Counted from the stretch's first letter, positions 9,999 through 20,836 are shown. The stretch: DNA of 64,000 nucleotides from Candidatus Eiseniibacteriota bacterium (GCA_963823555.1 CAWGMA010000001.1:768001-832000), one strand, 5' to 3'. Notes: generated from the sequence alone by a model not told the origin. Program-made: numbers and translations.

Positions 9999-11689
9999 GT
10001 GAAAGACATCGGCCAGAAGCTCGTCGAGGTCGGAGCGATCGACGAAGCCACCCTCGAGCGTGTTTCCCGCCAGCAAAAGGTTCACGGCGGGAGCCTCACC
10101 CTGAATCTGGTCAAGCTCGGGATTCTCTCCGAGGACACGCTGACCCAGGCGCTCTCGACCATCTACCGCGTGCCTGGCGTCAACCTGGCCGATTCCGCGA
10201 TCGATCCCGACGCCATCAAGTTGATCCCACAGGACATCGCCACCAAGTTCCAGGTGCTGCCGGTCAGGCGTGACGGCCGCCGCTTGCAGGTGGCCATGGC
10301 CGACCCGGGCAACATCTTCGCCCTCGATGACATCAAGTTCATCACCGGCTGCGAGGTGGAGCCGGTGGTGGCGGCCGAGAGCGCGATCAAGCGGCTGATC
10401 GACCGCCACTACGATCAGGCGGACTCGATGGCGCGCGTCATGCAGGACATGCAGGGTCTCGACGAGCTCGAGGTCGTCGAGCAGCAGGATGACGAAGCCG
10501 ACCTCAGCGAGGTCGGCGACGAGTCGGCGCCGGTGGTCAAGCTCGTCAACTCGCTCCTGGCTGACGCCGTGCGCAAGGGCGCCTCCGACATCCACATCGA
10601 GCCCTACGAGAAGTACATGCGCGTGCGCTATCGCATCGACGGCACGCTCTACGAGGTGATGTCGCCGCCCTTCCGCATGAAGGCCGCCATCATCTCCCGC
10701 CTCAAGATCATGTCCGAGCTGAACATCGCCGAGCGGCGCATCCCGCAGGACGGCCGCATCAAGATCAAGATCGTCGACCGCACCATCGACCTGCGCGTCT
10801 CGACCCTGCCGACGATCTTCGGCGAGAAGGTGGTGATGCGCATCCTCGACAAGGGCAACCTGCGCATCGATCTGACCCAGTTCGGGATGACCGAGAAGGC
10901 CTTCAAGGACCTGCTGCGCGCCATCGAGAGCCCCTACGGCATGGTGCTGGTGACCGGACCGACCGGCAGCGGCAAGACGACCACGCTCTACTCCGCCCTA
11001 TCGCGGATCAATATCGTCGGGTACCAACATCATGACCGCGGAGGATCCGGTCGAGTACAACATCGAGGGCATCAACCAGGTTCAGATCTTCGACGAGATC
11101 GGACTCACCTTCGCCAGCTGCGCTTCGCGCCTTCCTGCGCCAGGATCCGAACATCGTCATGGTCGGCGAGATCCGCGATCTGGAGACCGCCTCGATCGCC
11201 ATCAAGGCGGCGCTCACCGGCCACCTCGTGCTCTCGACCCTGCATACCAATGACGCTCCTGCGACCGTCAGCCGCTTGATCGACATGGGGGTCGAGCCGT
11301 TCCTCGTCGCGTCCTCGACCAACGTGGTCGTCGCGCAGCGCCTCGTTCGGAAGCTGTGTACGGCGTGCAAGGCCGAGATCGAGCTCCACGAGGAGGCGAG
11401 GCGCGAGCTGGGTATCGAGCAGTCCGACCCCCTCAAGGCCTACGAGCCCCGTGGTTGCGCCGACTGCTCGAACACCGGATACCGTGGGCGACAGGGTCTC
11501 TATGAGGTCATGCCGATCTCGCCCACGGTGCGCGATATGATCCTCGACCGGGCGCCGGCCTCGCTGATCAAGAAGAGGGCGCTGGAGGAAGGCATGCTCA
11601 CCCTGCGTATGGATGGAGTGCTCAAGGTGCGCGAAGGGATCACGAGTGCCGAGGAGGTGCTCAAGGAGACGGCAGCCGACCGCGGTTGA
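9999..11689 (+). pseudogene. pilB: type IV pilus assembly ATPase PilB, interrupted by two +1 frameshifts (possibly sequencing errors)
   Basis: ASDIHIEP, AERRIPQDGR, Walker [19 protein letters not shown] in a second frame; [25 protein letters not shown] and CxxC...CxxC in a third frame; extra G near 11019 and extra A at 11116. Confidence 0.9.
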
Positions 11690-11775
11690 TCCTCCGAAGG
11701 CGGATGAAAAGCAGAGGCTCCGGACGGCTTCGACCGCCCGGAGCCTTCATTCGTCAGCGCAAGGCGCTGGCGGTG

Positions 11776-12051
11776 CTACGAGGACATCCGATCACCGCCC
11801 TCTTCGGCGCCCGCGTCGACCGCCGCCTGGCGGCCGGCGTTCACTGCCGAGCGGACGCGCGTTGCCACCTCGTCGGTGAGATCAGTCAGGCGCGTACCGA
11901 AACCCTGGAGCTGGCCCCCGATCTTCCCCCGCGTATCCGTGCCGGCCTGCGGGGCAAAGAGGAGGCCGGCGACGGCACCCACGATGGCGCCGATGCCGAT
12001 TCCCGCGAGCACACCCAGAATCAGATTTTTCTCCCGATCATCGTCCTGCAT
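11776..12051 (-). CDS. YtxH-domain protein
   Basis: GIGIGAIVGAVAGLLFAPQAGTDTR motif; GGAGGA RBS before ATG at 12051. Confidence 0.85.
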   Translation of the reverse strand: MQDDDREKNLILGVLAGIGIGAIVGAVAGLLFAPQAGTDTRGKIGGQLQGFGTRLTDLTDEVATRVRSAVNAGRQAAVDAGAEEGGDRMSS

Positions 12052-12550
12052 CGATATTCCTCCGCGTTGTGGGGCGGGCCTTCTGGCGCGGAGCGGTGAG
12101 AGCGCGCAGCGCGGCACTGAGGCCCAGAACCACCAGTCCTAGTTTACCGCTTCTCTTATAGACCGTTCTTCCGAGTAGCGCAAGTACGCCCGAGCCGGAG
12201 GCCGATGCCACGTTGTGCACGGCCCCCTGGAGCCCATCGACCCCGCTGCGGACGGAACGGGCCGTTTGCTCTACCTCCCCGAGCAGCGAGCGGGTGGCTT
12301 CGAGCGTTGGGGCCACGTGTTCTTCAGCGAGACCATCGTACGCTCGCGCGAGCCTCTCCACGCGCTCGAGCGTGACGCGCGACTGGTGAAGCGCCGCCGC
12401 AACGTCCTGTTGGGTCTTCTCCAGGGTGCTCTCGACCTGCCCTGCCAGCCGGGACAGGATGCGAACGGCGACCACCAGAACAAGACCCTGCACGAAGAGC
12501 AGGACCACCATCGCTGCGGCTAGAAGCTGGATGGTTGGCAGCGGATCCAC
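12038..12550 (-). CDS. DUF948/YoxC-like membrane coiled-coil protein
   Basis: N-terminal TM plus helical region; AAGGAG RBS; sits directly upstream of the YtxH gene as in known pairs. Confidence 0.6.
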   Translation of the reverse strand: MDPLPTIQLLAAAMVVLLFVQGLVLVVAVRILSRLAGQVESTLEKTQQDVAAALHQSRVTLERVERLARAYDGLAEEHVAPTLEATRSLLGEVEQTARSVRSGVDGLQGAVHNVASASGSGVLALLGRTVYKRSGKLGLVVLGLSAALRALTAPRQKARPTTRRNIDAGR

Positions 12551-12721
12551 GACACTCCTTTCTCTTCAGGCGACCGTGCCGGCGATGAGAGCGTCTCCAC
12601 GAAGTCTCATCGCTGCTCGGCCAGCGTCTTCTATCCCTCGATTTGCAGTCTACCACAGACCGGCTCGCGCAACACCCGGGCAGGTCGACGGCAGGGCCGG
12701 CAGCCGATCGGACCTGGCCGA

Positions 12722-13468
12722 TCAGGATCTCGCTTTCGTGACACCGGTCGTGTCACTCTCCTTACGGTACGTGATGAAGATGAACTCGCGCAGTCGGTCG
12801 AGGGGGCCGAGTGCGGTCACGCGGTCGGAGAGGCGGTGCCAGGTGTAGAAGCCGGGGAAGCGGAACAGGTAGCCGATGCTCGAACGCATCTCGACCCGAT
12901 CTCGAGCGAAGCCATGGCGAGCCGCTGTCCGGTCCATACTGCCGACCGTGTTGCAGCGGTAGTAGATGGGGTAGTCGGGCGGTTCATCCTTTCCGGTCAG
13001 CACGCGTTTCACAGCCATGCGCACGCCGGTGGGCAGAATGCGAATGACGAGGGAGCTCACGTTGAGGAGATTGGGCGCGACGAAGAGAACGCCGCCGCCG
13101 GGCTTGAGGGTTCGCTGGAGCTCGGCGAACAGACGATCCGGGTCGGCGATGTGTTCGAGGACGAAGATCAGGAGCGCGGCGTCGACGCTCGCCTCGGGGA
13201 TCGCCGTCATGTCCATGGCGTTCCCGCGCACGAAGTCGAAGCGCGGCCCCGGATTCTTCTCGCGCGCGATCTCGAGCTCTTCGGCGTCGAGGTTCAGCCC
13301 GACGTAGCGGCCGAACCCATCCGCGAACCGGTGGGCGTTGCGTCCGATGCCGCAGCCGATGTCGAGGAGGACGCCATCGGCACGCTGGTAGGGTGTCAGC
13401 ATCTCCCCGATCAGGCGCAGCTGATCTTCCCAGTATGTCTTGCGGTAGCGTTCTCTCGTCGCGTCCAT
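12722..13468 (-). CDS. class I SAM-dependent methyltransferase
   Basis: LLDIGCGIG, VLEHIADP, RTLKPGG. Confidence 0.9.
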   Translation of the reverse strand: MDATRERYRKTYWEDQLRLIGEMLTPYQRADGVLLDIGCGIGRNAHRFADGFGRYVGLNLDAEELEIAREKNPGPRFDFVRGNAMDMTAIPEASVDAALLIFVLEHIADPDRLFAELQRTLKPGGGVLFVAPNLLNVSSLVIRILPTGVRMAVKRVLTGKDEPPDYPIYYRCNTVGSMDRTAARHGFARDRVEMRSSIGYLFRFPGFYTWHRLSDRVTALGPLDRLREFIFITYRKESDTTGVTKARS

Positions 13469-13605
13469 GGTTCCTGGATCGGCCTCCGGTCTTGGTCCTC
13501 GCCGCCGCCCGTCTCGCGGGGCCTTTCCGGGATGCTATCATGGCGCGGTTTTTCCGGCCGGGCGGAGCGATCCGGCAGGGCCGGGAGGCGGGGTGATGCC
13601 AGGAG

Positions 13606-15936
13606 ATGTTCATGGCTGAGAGCGAGCACGCGAGCGAGAGCGGAGAACCGGGGCGGACGCCCGTGCGATCAGGGCGCGCCCCGGCGCCGCGCTGGGCCGT
13701 CGGCGCCCTCGCGCTTACGCTCGCCCTGGTCGCCGTGACCTGGCCGCTCCTCGATCCCGGAAGCGTCCTCATCACCGATGACGGGTTCGTGAGCGACATC
13801 ACCATGGCCGGGATGCCGTTCCGCGCTTTCCTCCAGCGCGCGCTCGCGGGCTCGACGAGCCTCTTCTGGTGCCCGGGCATCTACTGCGGGTTTCCCCTTC
13901 ACGCCGCTCCCGAAGCCGGGTTCTTCTATCCGCCCAACTGGGTGCTCACCTTCGTCGGGGATGCCACGGCCGCCGTCGACCTCGGTCTCTTCCTGCACCT
14001 GTTGCTCGCTGGCGCCGGGGTCCTGTTCCTGCTCCGGGAGGAACGCCTCTCCGCCGCCCCCGCTGTCTTTGGCGCCCTGAGCTTCGCCGCCGGCGGGTTC
14101 CTGCTCGCTCATCTCAAGCACGTGGCCATGGTCGCGACCGCGGCCTGGATGCCCTGGATGTTCGCCGGTTTGCTGCGCATCGCGCGCGGCGGCGGTCGGG
14201 AAGGGAGCGGTTTCCTGCTGGCCGGGCTGGCGGTGGCGGCCATGGGGCTCGCCGGCCATCCGCAGGTCGCCTACATCGGCATGGTCGCCGGCACCGTGTT
14301 CTACCTGTCGTTCGTCATGATTCCGGGCGCCGACCAGGAGGTGAGAGCCAGGTCCAGGGCCCATGCCTCGCCCGGCGTGCCGTTCATGTCGCGCCGGGCG
14401 CTGCGCGGGGTCCTTCTCCTCGTGCTCGCCTTCGTCCTCGGGACCGCGGTCGCCGCCGTCCAGCACGTGCCGGCCTCCCTCCTCGCCCGGAGCTCGGTGC
14501 GCGCGGAACTCCGGGGCACGGACTTCGCGGAGCAGATCCCGCTCGAGCCCAGGAATCTCACGACGTGGTTTCACGCGCGCGCCGTGGGCATGGCCGGCGA
14601 TGGCAGCTACCGGGGACGCGGGCTGCATTGGGAGGATTACTCGTATCAGGGCTTCGCCGCCGTTCCGCTCGCCCTGATCGGGCTGGTGGCCCACCGCCGC
14701 CGGCGCATCGCGCGAGCGTGGGCCGTGGTGTTCGGCGTCACGTTCCTCCTGGCCCTCGGGCGGCGGGCCGGCCTCTACTCGCTTGCGGTCGCCTTTCTGC
14801 CCGGGCTCGCCTGGTTCCGCTTTCCGGCGCGTTTCCTGGTGGTGAGCGAGCTCGCGGTGTCGGTGCTCGCTGCTCACGGTCTGGCCTGGCTCCTGCCGAA
14901 ACTCGTTCACGGGCGGACTGGCCGCGTGGTCACCGCGGTGCCGGTGGCGATCATCCTGCTCCTGGTTCTCGATCTGGCCTGGGCGCAGCGCCCCCTCAAC
15001 GGCTGGGCGCCGCGCGCCGAGTGGCTCGATCCGCCGGCCACGGTGGGCGACGTTCCCGCTGGGAGCCGCTACGTGAGCCTCGGATCGCGCGAGGCCCACG
15101 TATTCGCCTACGAGAAGGCGCGCGGCTGGGCCGATGTGACGCCGCTCGTCGTGCAACGTCGTTTCCTCCAGCCCAGCTTGAATCTCATGTTCGGTGTGCG
15201 TGCCGCGGACGGCTACGCCAATCCGGTGCCGGGTCCCACCGCGCTCGTCTGGGGCGATCACTACGTGCCGGGGCTCTTGCAGCGGAGCGTGCGTGTCGAG
15301 AACGGCCAGGCGGTTCTGGCGCCGAGCTTCTTCACCCTCGCCCGCCTGGCCGAGGTGCGTACGCTGTTCTCGTTGTGGCCGATCTCCGATCCCCGGCTCG
15401 AGGAAGTGGCGGTGCGGCCGCCGGTGTTCACCTACTCGCTCCCGGAGCCGATGCCGCACGCGTGGTTCGTTCCGCACGCCAGGTTTGCCGGCTCGGCCGG
15501 CGAGGCGCTGGCCCACCTCGAGGCCGAGGATATCGACCCAACCCGGGAAACCGTGCTGTTGGGGGTGCCTGCCGTAGAAAACAACGCTAAGGAGCCGAAT
15601 ACTGCGTGGGTGCTGAGCCGGGTCGGACTCATCCGCCGCTCCGCCGCCGAGCTCGTGGTGGCCGTCGATACGCCCGTGAGCGGGTATATCCGTGTCGCCG
15701 AGTCGTTCGATCCGGGCTGGCAGGCCCGTGTCGACGGCGAGCCGGCGCCCGTCTACCAGGCCGATCTCGGATTCCAGGCGGTCCCGGTGCCGGCCGGACG
15801 TCACGATGTGCGCCTGCGGTACCGGCCTCGCGGCTTCGTTCCGGGGCTCGTGGCGAGCGCGGTGGGCGTGCTCGGATTCGTGATCGTCGGTCTCTTCCTG
15901 CGTCGGAAGGTCGCTCCGGCGGGAGCCGGTGCATGA
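13606..15936 (+). CDS. YfhO-family (GT-C-like) polytopic membrane protein
   Basis: WCPGIYCGFP...FFYPPNW, many TM helices, FRFPARF, C-terminal ESFDPGWQARVDG...GRHDVRLRYRP; AGGAG RBS. Confidence 0.85.
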   Translation: MFMAESEHASESGEPGRTPVRSGRAPAPRWAVGALALTLALVAVTWPLLDPGSVLITDDGFVSDITMAGMPFRAFLQRALAGSTSLFWCPGIYCGFPLHAAPEAGFFYPPNWVLTFVGDATAAVDLGLFLHLLLAGAGVLFLLREERLSAAPAVFGALSFAAGGFLLAHLKHVAMVATAAWMPWMFAGLLRIARGGGREGSGFLLAGLAVAAMGLAGHPQVAYIGMVAGTVFYLSFVMIPGADQEVRARSRAHASPGVPFMSRRALRGVLLLVLAFVLGTAVAAVQHVPASLLARSSVRAELRGTDFAEQIPLEPRNLTTWFHARAVGMAGDGSYRGRGLHWEDYSYQGFAAVPLALIGLVAHRRRRIARAWAVVFGVTFLLALGRRAGLYSLAVAFLPGLAWFRFPARFLVVSELAVSVLAAHGLAWLLPKLVHGRTGRVVTAVPVAIILLLVLDLAWAQRPLNGWAPRAEWLDPPATVGDVPAGSRYVSLGSREAHVFAYEKARGWADVTPLVVQRRFLQPSLNLMFGVRAADGYANPVPGPTALVWGDHYVPGLLQRSVRVENGQAVLAPSFFTLARLAEVRTLFSLWPISDPRLEEVAVRPPVFTYSLPEPMPHAWFVPHARFAGSAGEALAHLEAEDIDPTRETVLLGVPAVENNAKEPNTAWVLSRVGLIRRSAAELVVAVDTPVSGYIRVAESFDPGWQARVDGEPAPVYQADLGFQAVPVPAGRHDVRLRYRPRGFVPGLVASAVGVLGFVIVGLFLRRKVAPAGAGA

Positions 15937-18392
15937 GCGGGTCGCGGCGGTCCAGCGACGCGTCCCGGCCCGGGGAGTCGAGGCCCCTGCCGCCGCCACG
16001 AGGCGCCGTCGCTGGGATGTTCCTGCTCTCCCTCGCCGTGATCGCGCTCGAGGTCACGATCACGCGCATCTTCTCCTTCACGATCTGGTACCACTACGCC
16101 TTCTTCGTCATTGCCATCGCGCTCCTCGGTCTCGGTGCCAGCGGCGTGGCAGCGAGTCTATTCGCCGCACGCATCGCCGGCCGCGAACGCGAGTGGGCGG
16201 CGGCCGGTGCCCTCGTGTTCGCCTCCGGTACCTGGATCGCGCTCCTCGTCGTGCGCGCCCTCCCGCTCGATCCGCTCGAGTTCGGTCGTGATCCGGTGCA
16301 GGCGCTCATCCTGCTCGTCCATGTGCTCGCACTCGCCGTGCCCTTCATCGGCGCCGGCTTCGCGGTGGCGGTCGTCCTCCAGACCTACCCCCGTCAGGTG
16401 GGCCGGCTCTACTGGGCCGACCTGGTGGGGGCGGCCCTCGGCGCCATCCTGCCGCTCCTCGTTCTGGCCCCGCTCGGCGCGCCGCGCCTGGCGGCGACCT
16501 GCGCCATGGTCGGAGGGGCCTCGGCTCTGGCCCTGGCCGCGGGCGTGATGCCCGGCCGCCGGATCTTCGCGGGCAGCGCGGCCGTCCTCTTCATCCTGTT
16601 GCCCCTGGCCCCGCGTCTTCTCGACATTCCGCTCGGGCCCAGCAAGGGCATCCGCGACTGGCTCGATCCCGCGACGAGCCCGCGGGCGCGGCTCGCCTTC
16701 ACCCGCTGGCATCCACTGGCTCGCGTCGATGTCGTCGAGGATGCGGTGGCGGTCACCTGGACCGTGCCCGCCACCGGCGGCGAGGTGCCGGCGGAACATC
16801 AGATCATCTACGACGGGGATGCGGCGACACCGATCATCAATATTCAGCGTGATCCCGCAGAATATGACTTTCTCGGTTCGATCCCGCCCGCGCTCCCGTA
16901 TGCCGTGGTGCGGCCCGAATCGGTACTGGTGATCGGCGCCGGCGGGGGGATCGATCTCCTGGCGGCGCTTCATGCCGGAGCGCGCTTCGTCGAGGGCGTG
17001 GAGCTGAATCCGGTCACGCACGAGCTGATGACCGGTCGCTACCGGGCCTGGTCGGGGGGGATCTACGCCGATCCGCGTGTGCACGTCGTCGTCGGCGAGG
17101 GCCGGAGCTTCGTCAGGGCGAGCCCGCGGCGCTACCACATGATCCAGATGTCCCTCATCGATACCTTCGCGGCCACTGCCGCCGGAGCATACAGCCTCTC
17201 GGAGAGCTATCTCTACACGGTGGAGGCGTTTGGAGACTATCTCGAGCACCTGACCCCGGACGGAGTGTTCGCCATCACCCGCTTCCTGCACGAGCCGCCG
17301 CGCGAGGTGCTCCGGCTCTGCGCCGTGGCCCGGGCCGCGCTCATCCGGCGCGGGGTGGCCGCCCCGGCCGGTCACATCCTCGTGGCCGCATCCGGCCCCT
17401 ACGCCACCGTGATGATCGGCGTCAGGCCATTCACGCCCGAGGAGTGTCTCGAGTTCGTGCGCACCGCGATCGCCCAGAACGCGCAGCTCATCTACGTGCC
17501 GGGGGGGCCGGTGCGCAATCCGATCGCGGAGCTCATTGCCGGTCCCGATCCCGATCGCTTCATCGCCGACTACGCGCTCCGCATCGACCCGGTGAACGAT
17601 GATCGGCCCTTCTTCTTCCAGTACGGGCGCCTGCGCGACGCGAAGCTGTTCCACACGACGACGACGCGCGACGATCTGGTGGCGCCGTCCGGGCACTCGC
17701 TGCTCCTGACCGTGCTCGTGGTGACCGGGTCGGTGGGGGTGGTCATGATCCTGTTGCCGCTGCTGGTCCGGCGGCGGCGCGACGGGTTCGGACCTCCGGG
17801 GCGGGCGGAAGGAGCGGCGGTCGTCTACTTCGTGGGGCTCGGCCTCGCCTTCATCCTGTTCGAGATCGCGGCCATGCAGCAGTTCGCGCTCGTCCTCGGT
17901 CATCCCACCTATGCGGTCTCGGTGGTCCTGTTCTCGCTCTTGCTGGCCTCCGGGACCGGGAGCCTGGTCTCGGCGCGCGCGCTCGGGGCGGATGGCCGCC
18001 GCCTCGGTCGGGTGATCGCCGCAGTCTGCCTCGTGCTCTTCATCGAGGCGGTGCTCGCGGGCCCGGCGTTCACCGTGCTCCTCGGCGCGCCGTGGCCGCT
18101 CCGGGCATTGGCCGCCATCCTGTGGGTGGCCGTCCCCGGCTTCGGCATGGGGATGTTCCTGCCGACCGGCGTGCGGCTTCTGGCCCGACGCCGCGCCGAT
18201 CTCGTCGGCTGGGCCTTCGGCGCCAACGGCTTCGCCTCGGTCGTGGGCTCGATCCTCTCCGTGCTCCTCGCCATGAGCATCGGTTTCCGGGCCACGGTGG
18301 CGATCGCGGCCCTGACCTACATCGCAGCCTACCTCGCGCTGCGCGCCGCGGATCGCAGCTCCGGGGAGAGCGCGGCGAAGCCGATGAGATAG
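15933..18392 (+). CDS. membrane protein with central spermidine-synthase-like SAM-binding domain (paralog 1)
   Basis: LEVTITRIFSFTIWYHY, LYWADLVGAALG, VLVIGAGGGID, VELNP, GEGRSF, LSESYLYTVEAF, DDRPFFF, WAFGANGFASV; ATGA overlap with the YfhO gene. Confidence 0.85.
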   Translation: MSGSRRSSDASRPGESRPLPPPRGAVAGMFLLSLAVIALEVTITRIFSFTIWYHYAFFVIAIALLGLGASGVAASLFAARIAGREREWAAAGALVFASGTWIALLVVRALPLDPLEFGRDPVQALILLVHVLALAVPFIGAGFAVAVVLQTYPRQVGRLYWADLVGAALGAILPLLVLAPLGAPRLAATCAMVGGASALALAAGVMPGRRIFAGSAAVLFILLPLAPRLLDIPLGPSKGIRDWLDPATSPRARLAFTRWHPLARVDVVEDAVAVTWTVPATGGEVPAEHQIIYDGDAATPIINIQRDPAEYDFLGSIPPALPYAVVRPESVLVIGAGGGIDLLAALHAGARFVEGVELNPVTHELMTGRYRAWSGGIYADPRVHVVVGEGRSFVRASPRRYHMIQMSLIDTFAATAAGAYSLSESYLYTVEAFGDYLEHLTPDGVFAITRFLHEPPREVLRLCAVARAALIRRGVAAPAGHILVAASGPYATVMIGVRPFTPEECLEFVRTAIAQNAQLIYVPGGPVRNPIAELIAGPDPDRFIADYALRIDPVNDDRPFFFQYGRLRDAKLFHTTTTRDDLVAPSGHSLLLTVLVVTGSVGVVMILLPLLVRRRRDGFGPPGRAEGAAVVYFVGLGLAFILFEIAAMQQFALVLGHPTYAVSVVLFSLLLASGTGSLVSARALGADGRRLGRVIAAVCLVLFIEAVLAGPAFTVLLGAPWPLRALAAILWVAVPGFGMGMFLPTGVRLLARRRADLVGWAFGANGFASVVGSILSVLLAMSIGFRATVAIAALTYIAAYLALRAADRSSGESAAKPMR

Positions 18393-20836
18393 ATCCCGAT
18401 CGCGAGCGCCATCACGAGCGTGAAGCCGATCGCCATGGCGACCAGGAGGCTCGCAACCGAGCCGATCACCGAGAAGAGCCCGTTCGCTGCCCACGCCCAC
18501 GGCACGAGCGCCTGCCCGCGACCGGCGATGGCGCGGATGCCGAGCGGGAAGGGCATCCCCATGAGCACGCCAGGAACGGCGATGAGCACGGCGGCGAGCA
18601 CGACCCGTGGCGCCACCGGCATCGACGCCAGCGCGCGGGTGGCGCTCGGCAGGCCGACGAGAGCGAGAACGAGCACGAGCGCAAGGAGGGGCAAGACCCA
18701 GCGGAGCGCCGCCGGTTGGAGGCGCTGCCCGAGGAGGCTCCCGAGCCCGGCGCCCCCGAGGAGCGCGAACAGCACCGCCCCGAGCGCGAGGGTGGGGCCG
18801 CCGAGCGCGAGCTGGAAATGCTGGATGAGCGTGATCTCGACCGCGATGAAGGCGAGACCCAGCGCCGCGAAGTAGGCGAGCACGCGTGCGGTGAGGGCGG
18901 GCTCCCGGGTGAGCGCTGCGGCGCGCGAGCGGAGCGGGAAGACGATGAGCGTGCCCGCCAGGAGCGCGAGGACGACGAGAGCCGCGGCGAGCATCACGTT
19001 CCCGATGGGCAGCGGTCCGAACGGGGACTCCACCGTGTAATAGCCCTCGAGGCCGATGTTGAGCGGTAGCTTGCGATTGCTGAGCATGGTGGCCCAGCGG
19101 GCGTAGTTGTAGAAGAACGGGCGGTCATCGGTCGCCGGTTCGACATTGAAGAAGTAGTCCCGGCGGAAGCTCGCGGCCGCCGCCGCATCGAGGGCGAGAT
19201 AGCGATCCCAGGGCGTGCGCAGGCCGGCGGTCGGGGTCGCGAGCACATGGAAGCCCGAATCGCGAGCGAAGGTCTCGATGGTTGCCACGTCGCTCGCGGA
19301 GAACGGGGAGGGGGAGATCAGGGTCTCCGCCCACTTCTGTCCCGCGATGACGAGGATATGAGCACTGGGATCCTGGACCCCCTGGGCACGAAGGGCGCGG
19401 GCCGCGGTGGCAACGAGCTTCAAGGTCTCGCGCGGCGGCGTGAAGTAGGGTCGCGAGTAGGAGAGGACCCCGCTCGGTTCGAGACGGGAGAGGAAATCGG
19501 CGACCGCCTCCACCGTGTAGAGATAGCCCTCGGTGAGGGAGCCCGAACCGCTGGCCAGCGCGGCGAAGGTGTCGGCGCCCGAGAGCTGGATCACATCATA
19601 GGTGGCGTGTGACTGGCGCGCGAAGGCCCGGCCCTCGCCGTGGACGAGGGTGACCCGCGGATCCGTAGCGAGCCCGCCGACATACGCTGCCAGGTCGGAG
19701 CGGAGGAGACCGAGGGTGACGGGATTGACCTCGACGCCGGTGACGGCGGTCGCCCCGTGGGCGAGGGCGATCGCGAGATCGATGCCGCCGCCGAGCCCGA
19801 TCACGAGGGCCTTGGCCTGGGGTCGGATCTGGTACGGCGCCGATTGCAGATAGCTGCGCATGATCGCAACTTCTGAATATGGGCGGTCGATGCGGAGGAA
19901 GGCGCTGGGGGCGGTTCCGTCCTGGAACAGGTAGCGGTAGTGCTCGATGCCGGCCCCGGAGCGCGCGGCCGGGGCGAGCTCGCCGCCGAAATCGGGGGCG
20001 GGCCCGGTCATGTCCCGGGTGACGTCGATGCGCGCGATCGGATTCCAGCGGCTGAACCAGAAGCCGACCGCGCGCAGCGCGGGGTCGCGCTCGAAGACGG
20101 CCATCTCCTTCGAGGGCGGGGGATGGAAGATCCTGGGCGGCGCGATGAGGGTCGCGGCCAGAGCCAGCACGATCGCCAGGGCGCCGAGAAGCGGCGCGCG
20201 GCGGATCCGGCCGCTGGCGGCGCTGAAGAGAAGGGCGCCGAGAGCGGCCAGGAGCGCGGCGATGAGAATCGTGGCCTCGGCTCCCGCCCTGGTGATGAGG
20301 GCCAGCGCGAGGAGCACGCCTCCGGCCGAGGCGGCGAGGTCCACGCCGTAGACGCGTCCCGCCTCGGTCCGGTAGCGATCGAGGAGCCGGCAGATGACCA
20401 GTCCGGCCAGGGCGAAGGGCACGGCGACGAGCACGAGATAGATCAAGAGCGAGGCGAGCGGCGTCCAGTCGGCGAAGATGCGGCTCGGATTGAAACGCAC
20501 GAGCCCGCAGAGGAGAAGGGAGAGCGGCAGCGCCAGCGCGAAGGCCAGCGCTTCGCGCTCGAGGCGTCCGAGGAAGGCGGAACGGTCGCGGCGCGTTCCA
20601 TCGGGGCGTGTGCTCAGAAAGGAGCCGGCGAACCCGAAACCGAGGAGCGCAATGCCGATGATGAGCGGGGTGTAGTGGTGCCAGGTGATGAAGGAGAAGA
20701 TGCGGGTGAGGACGATCTCGCTCGCGATCACTGCGGCGGCCACCAGGGCGAGGCCGAGGAGCTCGGCGCGCGAGGCACGCAGGGTCGGTGGGGCGCCGGG
20801 GCCGGGCGCCGGGCGGATCGGATCGCGTCGGGTCAT
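18329..20836 (-). CDS. membrane protein with central spermidine-synthase-like SAM-binding domain (paralog 2)
   Basis: EIVLTRIFSFITWHHY, LVIGLGGGID, VEVNP, GEGRAF, LTEGYLYTVEA, TDDRPFFY, WAWAANGLFSV; start at 20836 or 20848. Confidence 0.85.
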   Translation of the reverse strand: MTRRDPIRPAPGPGAPPTLRASRAELLGLALVAAAVIASEIVLTRIFSFITWHHYTPLIIGIALLGFGFAGSFLSTRPDGTRRDRSAFLGRLEREALAFALALPLSLLLCGLVRFNPSRIFADWTPLASLLIYLVLVAVPFALAGLVICRLLDRYRTEAGRVYGVDLAASAGGVLLALALITRAGAEATILIAALLAALGALLFSAASGRIRRAPLLGALAIVLALAATLIAPPRIFHPPPSKEMAVFERDPALRAVGFWFSRWNPIARIDVTRDMTGPAPDFGGELAPAARSGAGIEHYRYLFQDGTAPSAFLRIDRPYSEVAIMRSYLQSAPYQIRPQAKALVIGLGGGIDLAIALAHGATAVTGVEVNPVTLGLLRSDLAAYVGGLATDPRVTLVHGEGRAFARQSHATYDVIQLSGADTFAALASGSGSLTEGYLYTVEAVADFLSRLEPSGVLSYSRPYFTPPRETLKLVATAARALRAQGVQDPSAHILVIAGQKWAETLISPSPFSASDVATIETFARDSGFHVLATPTAGLRTPWDRYLALDAAAAASFRRDYFFNVEPATDDRPFFYNYARWATMLSNRKLPLNIGLEGYYTVESPFGPLPIGNVMLAAALVVLALLAGTLIVFPLRSRAAALTREPALTARVLAYFAALGLAFIAVEITLIQHFQLALGGPTLALGAVLFALLGGAGLGSLLGQRLQPAALRWVLPLLALVLVLALVGLPSATRALASMPVAPRVVLAAVLIAVPGVLMGMPFPLGIRAIAGRGQALVPWAWAANGLFSVIGSVASLLVAMAIGFTLVMALAIGIYLIGFAALSPELRSAARSAR

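Noticed and set aside
11010..11130. Programmed ribosomal frameshifting in pilB
   Set aside because: No slippery heptamer, and two successive shifts would be needed
15933..20836. Naming the two membrane enzymes speE
   Set aside because: The GGGDG and D-x-x-D-P aminopropyltransferase motifs are absent
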